Shown in pieces: positions 24,701-32,436 of a DNA stretch of 64,000 nt (its first letter is position 1; each line of letters starts with the position of its first letter). Location: contig NW_027271492.1 of assembly GCF_040938485.1 (NCBI RefSeq), positions 868,001 through 932,000 on the forward strand, in the 5' to 3' direction. This DNA is from Diadema antillarum (taxonomy: Eukaryota). The notes under the pieces are model-generated. The model was not told the DNA's origin, did no database searches, and saw nothing but the letters and a program-made list of their open reading frames with translations. Made by a program: the position numbers and the translations under genes.

Positions 24701-27700
24701 ACTTTTTGAACAATCTACCAAGAGACCACTTATGACATAGTACTGGGCATACCATTCTAAGAGGAATCCAAAGTTTATTTGATGAAAATCGGTTTGGAAT
24801 GGCCGAAACATCAAAAAACAAAGTAAAACAAAGCGATCGTAATATAACAGGCGGGTCCCACCTTTTGTTAGGATCGGTCTGTTTTGGATATCTCAGCCAT
24901 TTCAAAACCAATTTTCATGCAATGAACAGTGAAATCCTGTTGGAATTAGATGTTCTTTCATATTTCATAAGAGGTTTCTCGTTATCTCACCAATAATGTT
25001 AGAAATGTGAAGTTAGGTTTTAACCAAAACTATATGATCCCTTTAATGTGATGGTAGAGATTGAGTCAGCGTGTTTCAGTAAACCTATACCATCAAAACC
25101 TCTTTTTTTTTTAAAGTATTATTTGTAGAGCTTTGATTTTGCATCACATATTTCAAGTGGTTAGGTTCAGTTGATTTGTAAAAGTAATTCAATTCATCCA
25201 AAAACTCTTATTTTAAATATTCTCCAAATTAAGGGAAAACAAATCTTAGCTGGCAATTATCTGTTGCCTTGTGCAGTAAGCTTACATGTGCAAGCACAAA
25301 GCTCTGCTCCAGCAGCCATTTTGCCCCGATCTTGTTCATATGTTTGGTCTTGCTTGGCTGTCTATAGGTGAGTCTGATCAAACAGCAACTGGAGCTGCTG
25401 CAGAAGAGTAAACAGAACCAGACCACACTGGCTACAGTCCAGGCACACACCAAGTTCACTCCAGATCGTCTTGCAGTAAGTATAAGGGGGGAAGCAAATG
25501 AGCTTTTGTTGCAATAAATATGCCATCAATTTTCTGTCAGAGTGGGAATGCTGAAATTCTTGATATTGGCGGTTTGTAAGCCATTACTGTTAACTTCCTT
25601 CATGGATAGCTGGTAATGTTCAGTTCTTTTTGATGAATGGCAAAATGTTCTCTATCATGACAAAGTTCCATTTTTTCGGATTACACCTCAGAATGTTATT
25701 GATTAGCCGAGATATTCAGACTTTCCAGTGTGGGGCTACTGAATTTTGTCAATGTTGGTAAGAGACAGTAAAGGAACAGACATTTTGACAAGTTTGCACA
25801 ATTGAGGGCAAATTCATTGGCATAGCATGAAGTACAATGTATCCCCTCAAGTGTCCTCAACTTTCATCTTTTTAACAAGATCTCAAAGAGATCTGTGTAT
25901 TATATGTTGAATGGAATGATATTGTTGGTCAGGAGAGCAAATATATAACTTATGTGGACACTTTTAAGTTTCACATCAAAGCTGATTATCAAGATGACAT
26001 CAGCTCAGTAATGCCCCAACCCTTTTGGGTGTTCTCCATTATTTACCTGCTATGTGATATTGTTGAGTAGTTGTATCTTATTCAAATATAACATTAGGAT
26101 GAGTGGTATTGCTCTGAGAGTTTCTGTCCATGATTCAGAGAAATAAAATTTGAGATGTTTCTCTTTCCTATTCCAGAGTAAAGAGTTCTCACAAAGATTG
26201 CCAAAGAAGCCTGTGGTGTCGCAGCCAAAGCACACAAAAGAAAGAGAAGAGATGCAGAGGTGAGTTCTTTAACCTGGTCCTTTCACAATGATGATGATGT
26301 CGTCAGTCTTACATTACAGGGACTCAATGGATTGTGAGAGAGATTAAAGGAGCAGATAACCTCATGGAGAAAATGGGTCTGAATAGAAGTTGCCATTGTC
26401 AAAGAAAAAAAAATTGAAGCATATGCTTTACATGAATTAATGAGACTGGCATCACTTTGAAAGAAAGTGAGTTGTATAGCATGGGATCCTGTAGGAAGCT
26501 TGAAATTATTATTTGGATCATGTGTGACCACTGCAATGTGTGCAGGGAATTCAAGGTTTGGATACCAAGATACTAGAAGGAAGCATTCTTTTCATTACGT
26601 AAAAGAATCTACTCCTTTCGTCTTGAGGAATGTGTAATACAATAACATCCATGACAAGTACTTTGTAGCAGAGTTGTTGATACAGCATGTTCTAATGCCG
26701 AGTAGGTGAATATTACATATGTAAGAAGTGAGTAGTAATGTGAAAACAAATTACTTTGCCAAGACATATAGATCAAGGTGTTAAGGAAAAGTCTTTCAAC
26801 CTCCATTTTCAAATCTCTACATATTATTTCTGATATCATGCTAATTTGATTTTTCTTATCATGTGTGTGTGTATAATGGCAATGTCACTTGTTGGCATGA
26901 TGATGGGTTATGTTGGAGCTCTCTGTAATACTGTAGAGCTAGCAAGGTGCTTGTTATGCAACTTCTGAATGAATATTTTTTGCTAGTTTCATTGATTTAA
27001 GATGAATGTAATTTTTCATGCTGTGCTGTATTATCTGTTTCTGCTCATAAGTATACTGTAAAACCAGAAATGATCCCGTGCATTTTAATTTCGCAAGAGC
27101 CAAAATTCGCAAAATTAAAATGCTAGCGAAAATTCTTCTACACTACAGTAAAGCAAGATATTTTTGCGGCATGCAATTTTCGTGAATTGTCACTTGCATT
27201 CAATACGTATTGTGTAGACAGGAACTTTCACATGCATTTTAATTTCATGAATCTTGGTTTGTGATTTGCAAAATTAAAATGCACTTGAACATTCCTTCTT
27301 TGCGAAAATTTTATGCTTCAAAAATTCCTGCTTTACAGTAGCCATAATCGGTGATGACTGATGCTTTCATGCTAATCTCCCTGTCCAGGAACCATGCCTG
27401 TCAGGTCGTGATGAAGTCCATCCTGGACCGCATTGAGAAGGAGGAGAGGCAGAGTCGGAAGCGCAAGCACCAGGAGATGTCGCGGGACCAGCGTCGCCAG
27501 CAAGCCGAGAGCAGCAAGAAGCGGGCTCTGCTGGAGTGCCACAAGGCCAAGCTGAAGGACGCCATCCTCCTCAAGCGTAACCAGCTGGAGCGACGCCTCA
27601 AGATGGACATCTATGTGAGTAGCTCTAGCGCCACCTACAGTCTGACAGCAAGCAACCCTAATATTCAACCCTCACCCCCTCCCCCATGATAAGATATAAG

Positions 27701-30700
27701 TTACAGGGGGACATTCTTATAACAGGGACATAAAAATTATGGCAGTTACCATATTATATCAGGTTTCTCACGATATCAGAGTCCACCCCCCCCCCCCCCC
27801 CCCACACAAAAAAAAACAAACAAACAAATTAAGAAAGAGTTTTTGCTTCCAAAATCACCTTGCTATAAGAGGGTTTGTTTTAACCAACCACTTTATGGCA
27901 TAGTTCCACTGTGGTAAGATCATCAGTTAAGTAAGAATGTACTTTAACCAGGATTTGAGAATGGGAATCCATATCCGTTACACCTCCACAGAATGAAATG
28001 CGGAGGGAACGATGGGCAGAGAAGAGGAAGGAGAAAGAAGCCCTTGGTCTGGTCAAGCCCAAGAAGCAGAAAGCTGAGGAACCAGTGGTAACGATAACCG
28101 CAGCCACAATCGCAGCAGCAACCACAACATCTCCAGCCCCCGTCACCGTAGTGTCTACCACAAGCAAGCCCGTCCCCACCCCGGCTCTTGAAACCACAGT
28201 CACCTCCACCGTCACGCCTGTCGCCATCACGACGTCCAAACCGAAAAAGACGTCGGCAGCCACGGCGGCAAGGAAGAAGATCGCCAAGGCCAAGGCGCGG
28301 AAGAAGCTGACCGCCAAGAAGAAGAAGACGAAGGTGATGAGCAGCGAGGAGTCACAGGTGTCAGTACCTGTCATCAAGGAAGAACCTGAGACTGAGACTG
28401 AGACTGGCATGGTGGAGGCAGTCAGGATGGAAGTGGGTGTTGAGAGTGGTCAACCTGTCGCCAAACCAGCAGAGGGTGGGGAAACGGGCGACGAGCTGTA
28501 CTGCATCTGCAAGACTCCGTATGATGCATCCAAGTGAGTTCATATTCCTTCATCTTGATGGCTATTAGAATGGAATAGTTGAAAGTTTTGGAATTGATGT
28601 TAAACTTTTGATCTCTATACAAAATGTTTACCTCCAAAACTTGTAGATATCAATGCTACAGCCTTCACACAGATGAGCCTGTACTCTTATAAGTGAAAGG
28701 TTTTCTTTATTTTCTCAGAATGAAAAAAAAAAAAAAAGTTTACTGAACAAATCAGCTGTCTCCTTTAGTATGAACTTTCTGTAATTCCTAGGATGTCTTT
28801 TATCTTTGGGTATTTTTAATCTGTGTTGTGGCTTGGTATAATCATGCTAGACTGAAAATAGTTATGCAAGTGTATGTGTGCTATTTAATGATGATTTATA
28901 TGTTCCTTGGCTTAATCTGTTGCCCCAGATTTTACATTGGCTGCGATGTGTGCCTGAACTGGTTCCATGGGTCCTGTGTGAAGGTGACAGAGAAGATGGC
29001 CGCTGCTCTCAAGGAGTACGTCTGTGATGCCTGCAAACAGGTCAAACAGGAGACAGATGAGGAACTCTACTGTCTGTGCAGACAGCCATATGACGAGTCG
29101 CAGTACGTCAACCTTTAAGAAAACTTGTGCTTTGATTTATCCCTCCTTGGTTTCTTTTCTATGTCGAGCACATTTTCAGATTTTTCCATTCTTTTCAGAA
29201 TGTTTTTTTTTCTTCTTTTCAGAATGTGGATATTGTTATTTCTTATCTGTATCTGAAATGTAGAGTGGTTTGAATAATGCTATTTGTATTTCTTTTGAGA
29301 GTCCACATTTTCCTGATGGGCATCCTAAAAACTGAAATGTGTGTGATGTTTAATGGTATACTGATCGGCAATTGATGGGGTGGGAAAGCCACATCATCTG
29401 TCTGCTTTAGAATAAGAGTTTGATCTGCATTCTGTCAGAAATCACCTGCCTTTAAAGGAAACTACAGTTAGCTATTGGTCAACATGATAGAGCAGTACTG
29501 CAGGTTGTCAAAAATATGATTGCTGCCAGCATCCTTAATGTCAGTGACAATTAGTTGGCACTTGGTTGTTCCACAATAATTAAGTTAAGAGGATGTCCAG
29601 TACGGCCAGAGGGAAGAAGAATGGGACAAATACAATAGCAACAGTAAGTTTTCATGGACAACACTGAGACGTCCTCTCTCTGTCTTCTGTTAGATTCTAC
29701 ATTGGCTGCGACCGATGCAACGACTGGTTCCACGGTCGCTGTGTGGGCATCTCACAGGAGGAGGCGGAGAGCATTGAGAACTACATCTGTCCCAAGTGTA
29801 AGAGCACCAGCCTCCAGGGACTGGCCAAGCAGAAGACCCTGACCAGCAAGGATTATGACCACCTCAAGAAGATGCTGAGGCAGCTACAGGTGAGAGGGAG
29901 TGAAAGTCGAATGTAGGATTTCAGTGTTCCTCCATTCCATTCCCCCCATCCCAACATCCTCACCTTTATCTTTTGGTTTATGTCAAACCTTTACTGCCTA
30001 CCTGTGCAGTGTGACAGTATTCTTTCCTTACTCTTCTCACTTTTCTTTGTCATTTTCTCTTTCTTCTTTATATCTGATCCTACTATGTTTCTTGCTTGTC
30101 CTCCTTTTAATGATCTTCCTCCATTGCTTCCTTTATTCCATCTTCCTCTTTTGTTTCTTCATCCTTTCTTTCTTCCCCCTCGTCTCCATCCACTATTTCC
30201 TCTTCTCTTTACCCATCATTTTGTTGTCCCTCCTCTCTTCTTTTTTTTTCCTCTTCTTCTTTCCCATGTTTCATTCTCAGCTTTTCCTCAAGCTTAGATG
30301 TGGTCATAAAGCTGGTTTGATTTCTGTATAAATTACCAGGTTGGGTGGTGTATTCATTGTGTCGGGGGACTTAAACAAATCCAGCTCATTTTTTGTCTCA
30401 CATTCACCTGTATTTGAATATGTGCACCTGATAAGTGGTGGGAGGGGGGGGGGGGGGGCATTTCATGAAACATTTTGTCAGATATGTTTTCAGACAAACT
30501 GGTATAAGCTACTGAAATCCTTTGCATTTGATTGGCTGAGAGCAAATTTGTCTGACAAATTTGTCAGGCAAAATGCTCTACGAAGCTCCATGAAATGCCC
30601 CCTGATGTGCACTTTGACATTGTAGACACATCCTTCACTGGGTATAAAGCAAAGTTGTGTGTTTATATGAGTTTTGATATGCTCTCTATGATGGAAACAT

Positions 30701-32436
30701 AGACCAGATAATCGCACTGTGGTAACCAGTTTCCATGTCTCTTTGCGTGACACTTGTGCCATGAAACAGAGTTCATAGTTCATTGTTTTGAAATAGAACT
30801 CGTAGTTTTTTAAATTGAATTGTTTTATAAGATAACTTGAAGTCGAACTCATTAACCATTTGCATGCCATATTCACTTCTTGTCCATAGGGATATGTGTG
30901 AATTTTGTGCTCATTTGACTCAGTGGCAAAGAAAAGTTTAATTTCTTTTTCTTTTTCTTATCACTGCAGAGTCATAAGATGGCATGGCCGTTCATTGAGC
31001 CTGTGAGTGAGTTGGATGCACCCGACTATTATGATGTCATCAAGGAGCCAATGGGTAAGAAAGTTATGCCAGATGCAAGGGAGCAGCGAAAATATGTTTA
31101 TTTTATACAGTGCACTCCCATCATAACTAACACAGTTATGAGGTGTGAATTTTCTTCAATTTGTCTCCCTCTACAAATGAAATTTGTTAGATCATAAAGG
31201 ATCATATAGTTTTGGTTGAGATCTAATTTCAAGATTCTAACATTCTTTGGTGAGATAATGAGAAACCTCTTATGAAATATGAAAGAGCATGTAATTCCAT
31301 GAGGAATTCAACGTTTATTTGATGAAAATTGGTTTTGAAATGGCTGAGATATCCAAAACAGAGCGATTCTAATATAGCGTGGGGCCCACCTTTTGTTACG
31401 ATCGCTTTGTTTTACTTTGCTTTTGGATGTTTCAGTCATTCCAAACCTGATTTTCATCAAATAAACTTTGAATACCTCTTAAAATTGTATGCTCTGTACT
31501 ATTTCATAAGTGTTTTCTTGGTATCTCGCAAAAAGTTAAAAGCCCAATTCTTATCTTCACCAATACTGTACCATCCCTTTAACTGCTGATCTATAATTTA
31601 ACAAATATGTTGGAAAAAGGAACCACTGGACTGGAACCTGTCATCTGCTGCTTTCCAGGCAGCGACACTACCACAGGCTATCCCTGGTTGCCAGCAGTGA
31701 GTAGAGGGAGACAAATTGCAGAAAATTCACACCTCACCCTTCACCCCTCTGCTTGATATTCTCTTGCTTTCATGAACACAGTTCTAAGGAAATTCTCATT
31801 ACAATGAAGTAAGAATTCAGGTCCCAAATTAGCACCTTATTATCATTATATGCTGTACTGTCCGGCTCTAACAAAATGTTGATGTAACAAAAGAAAACTG
31901 CTGGTCCTCAGCACTTTGTTATAATGGGAGTCACCTATAGCACTTTTCATTGTTTGAAGGAAAGTCCAGGCCTTGTTTTAGTGAATATAAGATGAGCATG
32001 TTTCATATTTCAGTTTGGCTCTAGTTGTAAGTTGCAGCTTTCAGGCATCGTTGTTATATCTTACTGAATGACTCACAGTGCTAAAAAAAGACAATCAGCC
32101 TTTTTATGTTCTGCCTCTCCTCTGTGCTTCTTCAACAACAGAAGAAGACGTCATTGTCCTTTTTTTTCTTTATTCAAAAAAGATCTGTTTCTTTGAGAGG
32201 GAAAAAAAAGCAAATGCAAATCATTTTTGCCATTTTCTATTCTCATTCCACCAGACCTCTCAACGGTTGAAGACAGGCTGAAGAACAAGCACTATGTTAA
32301 GCTCAGCGACTTTGCCGCTGACATCGGCAAGATCTTTGACAACTGCCGCTACTACAATCCCACTGACACTCCCTACTACCAGTGCGCCGACGTCCTTGAG
32401 AAGTTCTTTATACAGAAAATGAAATCACTCAAATGA
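2354..32436 (+). CDS. BPTF: Nucleosome-remodeling factor subunit BPTF/NURF301, complete gene, 20 coding exons, about 3634 aa
   Basis: Exons 2354-3738, 5472-5677, 8430-9616, 11682-11826, 12931-17772, 18190-18340, 18964-19234, 19796-19966, 20760-21054, 21714-21920, 23042-23220, 23721-23990, 25368-25475, 26177-26259, 27389-27614, 27992-28533, 28929-29102, 29694-29889, 30970-31054, 32255-32436. All GT-AG with matching phases; sum 10905 nt (divisible by 3). N-terminus [12 protein letters not shown]-hooks, DDT ([30 protein letters not shown]), PHD ([19 protein letters not shown]), two C-terminal PHDs, bromodomain (MAWPFIEPV...[11 protein letters not shown]...DNCRYYN). Confidence 0.96.
3761..3951. 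mobile_element. Short degenerate copy of the pogo-like MITE, 22 bp inside BPTF intron 1
   Basis: ta|CAGTGCACTCCTGTT...ttcgttataacgggagt. Confidence 0.7.
5472..5677 (+). CDS. BPTF: BPTF exon 2
   Basis: ttcccag|G GAG GGT...[15 protein letters not shown]; ends GCC G|gtaagt. Confidence 0.93.
7303..8248. mobile_element. Kolobok-like non-autonomous element (TTAA TSD, AGGG...CCCT termini), interrupted by a second element
   Basis: ttaa|AGGGTGTATACAGT...ACTGTACAGTCCCT|ttaa; homologous to 59075-59454 (inverted). Confidence 0.8.
7637..8195. mobile_element. Nested TTAA-TSD MITE with perfect 20-bp TIRs (Kolobok-like)
   Basis: ttaa|AGGACAAGTTCACCTTCATA...TATGAAGGTGAACTTGTCCT|ttaa. Confidence 0.88.
8430..9616 (+). 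CDS. BPTF: BPTF exon 3
   Basis: ttttgcag|AG; LFKLGMEG...YKNQF...FKWHGS...WIKAV; ends CAT CAA|gtaagt. Confidence 0.93.
9623..9650. repeat. (TG)n microsatellite just after the exon 3 donor
   Basis: Direct reading. Confidence 0.85.
9980..10011. repeat. (TG)n microsatellite
   Basis: Direct reading. Confidence 0.85.
10396..10991. mobile_element. pogo/Tigger-like MITE, TA target duplication
   Basis: ta|CAGTGCACTCCCGTTGTAAC...TTGTAACGGGAGTGCACTG|ta; internal ttataacgaa repeats. Confidence 0.88.
11320..11385. repeat. 17-bp minisatellite x4 (gttatgctaacyrtgtt)
   Basis: Direct reading. Confidence 0.85.
11682..11826 (+). CDS. BPTF: BPTF exon 4
   Basis: catcag|[19 protein letters not shown]; ends GCT T|gtaagc. 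Confidence 0.88.
12931..17772 (+). CDS. BPTF: BPTF exon 5 (4842-bp giant exon; low-complexity acidic region plus conserved [12 protein letters not shown] block)
   Basis: cttgcag|CC in phase 1, open through the 1614-aa ORF; ends CCA G|gtaggc. Confidence 0.92.
16305..16673 (+). repeat. Coding tandem repeat, 3 x 123 bp (41 aa) in BPTF exon 5
   Basis: Units start at 16305, 16428 and 16551: VI(S/P)DEKP(D/E)[23 protein letters not shown]. Confidence 0.95.
18043..18067. repeat. (TG)n microsatellite
   Basis: Direct reading. Confidence 0.9.
18190..18340 (+). CDS. BPTF: BPTF exon 6
   Basis: [12 protein letters not shown]...[15 protein letters not shown]; ends GAA AA|gtaag. Confidence 0.92.
18481..18800 (+). 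mobile_element. 5'-truncated copy of the same HINE-like element
   Basis: Near-identical to 24295-24585. Confidence 0.75.
18964..19234 (+). CDS. BPTF: BPTF exon 7
   Basis: ccaag|G CAA CTG AGG...[14 protein letters not shown]|gtgagg; phases fit. Confidence 0.88.
19796..19966 (+). CDS. BPTF: BPTF exon 8
   Basis: ttgcag|KRLGV...[11 protein letters not shown]...TQQ|gtaaca, 171 nt. Confidence 0.85.
20760..21054 (+). CDS. BPTF: BPTF exon 9
   Basis: ggacag|ARIIANP...QAP G|gtgagt. Confidence 0.85.
21714..21920 (+). CDS. BPTF: BPTF exon 10
   Basis: gcttag|TG ACC CAG...AAQ G|gtgagt; Q-rich. Confidence 0.85.
22034..22685. mobile_element. piggyBac-like MITE hosting the 22064 element
   Basis: ttaa|CCCTTTCTG...CAGTAAGGG|ttaa. 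Confidence 0.55.
22064..22439. mobile_element. Kolobok-like element, AGGGATGGTA family
   Basis: ttaa|AGGGATGGTATAG...CTGTACCATCCCA|ttaa. Confidence 0.78.
22746..22829. mobile_element. 84-bp piggyBac-like mini-MITE
   Basis: ttaa|CCTGTTGA...TCAACGGG|ttaa; inverted copy at 42051-42135; empty site seen near 53650. Confidence 0.78.
23042..23220 (+). CDS. BPTF: BPTF exon 11
   Basis: cttccag|GT TCC ACG...AQIAK|gtatgt. Confidence 0.85.
23721..23990 (+). CDS. BPTF: BPTF exon 12
   Basis: tgtcag|[10 protein letters not shown]...AQQQ|gtggga, 270 nt. Confidence 0.8.
24100..24585 (+). mobile_element. Helentron/HINE-like non-autonomous element
   Basis: T-rich start, subterminal IR ACCTCCGCCAAG (24106) / CTTGGCGGAGGT (24547), (gttc/gtta)n microsatellite, ends ttttCTAGTT. 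Confidence 0.68.
24659..25042. mobile_element. Kolobok-like element, AGGGATGGTA family
   Basis: ttaa|AGGGATGGTATAG...CTATATGATCCCT|ttaa. Confidence 0.78.
25368..25475 (+). CDS. BPTF: BPTF exon 13 (108 nt, phase 0/0, begins with GTGAGT)
   Basis: ctatag|[16 protein letters not shown]...DRLA|gtaagt. Confidence 0.8.
26177..26259 (+). CDS. BPTF: BPTF exon 14
   Basis: ttccag|[11 protein letters not shown]...EMQ AG|gtgagt. Confidence 0.8.
27056..27338. mobile_element. TA-flanked MITE, CTGTAAAAC...TTTACAG family
   Basis: ta|CTGTAAAACCAG...CTTTACAG|ta; internal ttcgcg/aaattcgc repeats. Confidence 0.7.
27389..27614 (+). CDS. BPTF: BPTF exon 15 (coiled coil)
   Basis: [16 protein letters not shown]...[13 protein letters not shown], matches the BPTF coiled-coil region; ends TAT|gtgagt. 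Confidence 0.9.
27992..28533 (+). CDS. BPTF: BPTF exon 16 (Thr/Lys-rich linker, start of PHD2)
   Basis: ccacag|NEMRRE...[15 protein letters not shown]|gtgagt. Confidence 0.92.
28929..29102 (+). CDS. BPTF: BPTF exon 17 (end of PHD2, start of PHD3)
   Basis: [17 protein letters not shown]...[15 protein letters not shown]|gtacgt. Confidence 0.93.
29694..29889 (+). CDS. BPTF: BPTF exon 18 (end of PHD3, linker helix)
   Basis: [19 protein letters not shown]...YICPKC...LRQLQ|gtgaga; not in the ORF track in this frame. Confidence 0.93.
30010..30290. repeat. Long pyrimidine-rich (CT/CTT) low-complexity tract in BPTF intron 18
   Basis: Almost G-free stretch; explains the spurious Phe/Leu/Ser ORFs. 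Confidence 0.8.
30455..30602. mobile_element. Palindromic MITE (Harbinger-like termini)
   Basis: GGGGCATTTCATG...CATGAAATGCCCC; internal inverted tgtcagac/tttgtc. Confidence 0.65.
30970..31054 (+). CDS. BPTF: BPTF exon 19 (bromodomain)
   Basis: [12 protein letters not shown]...[10 protein letters not shown]|gtaag. Confidence 0.94.
31198..31578. mobile_element. Kolobok-like element, inverted relative to the 24659 copy
   Basis: AGGATCATATAGTTTTGGTTGAG...CAATACTGTACCATCCCT; shared internal gaaaattggttttgaaatggctgagatatcc. Confidence 0.75.
31619..31685 (-). mobile_element. tRNA-derived SINE-like head or tRNA pseudogene
   Basis: Minus strand GGGATAGCCTGTGGT..GCTGC CTGGAAA GCAGC..GGTTCCAGTCC..TTTTT: A-box-like, 5-bp anticodon-type stem with 7-nt loop, degenerate B-box. 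Confidence 0.55.
32255..32436 (+). CDS. BPTF: BPTF exon 20 (bromodomain C-terminal half, stop)
   Basis: ccag|AC CTC: DLSTVEDRL...[10 protein letters not shown]...FIQKMKSLK*. Confidence 0.94.

Larger units (their letters stand above)
31108..31936. mobile_element. pogo-like MITE split by nested insertions
   Basis: Left end ta|CAGTGCACTCCCATC; right end aaagaaaactgctggtcc...ttataatgggagtc. Confidence 0.65.

Noticed and set aside
29900-30331. Phe/Leu/Ser-rich 143-aa and 105-aa ORFs resembling membrane proteins
   Set aside because: Translation of a CT-rich low-complexity intronic tract.
31619-31685. Functional tRNA-Ser(GGA) gene
   Set aside because: Acceptor stem and T-arm do not pair properly, the B-box is degenerate and there is no long variable arm; treated as a SINE head or pseudogene.
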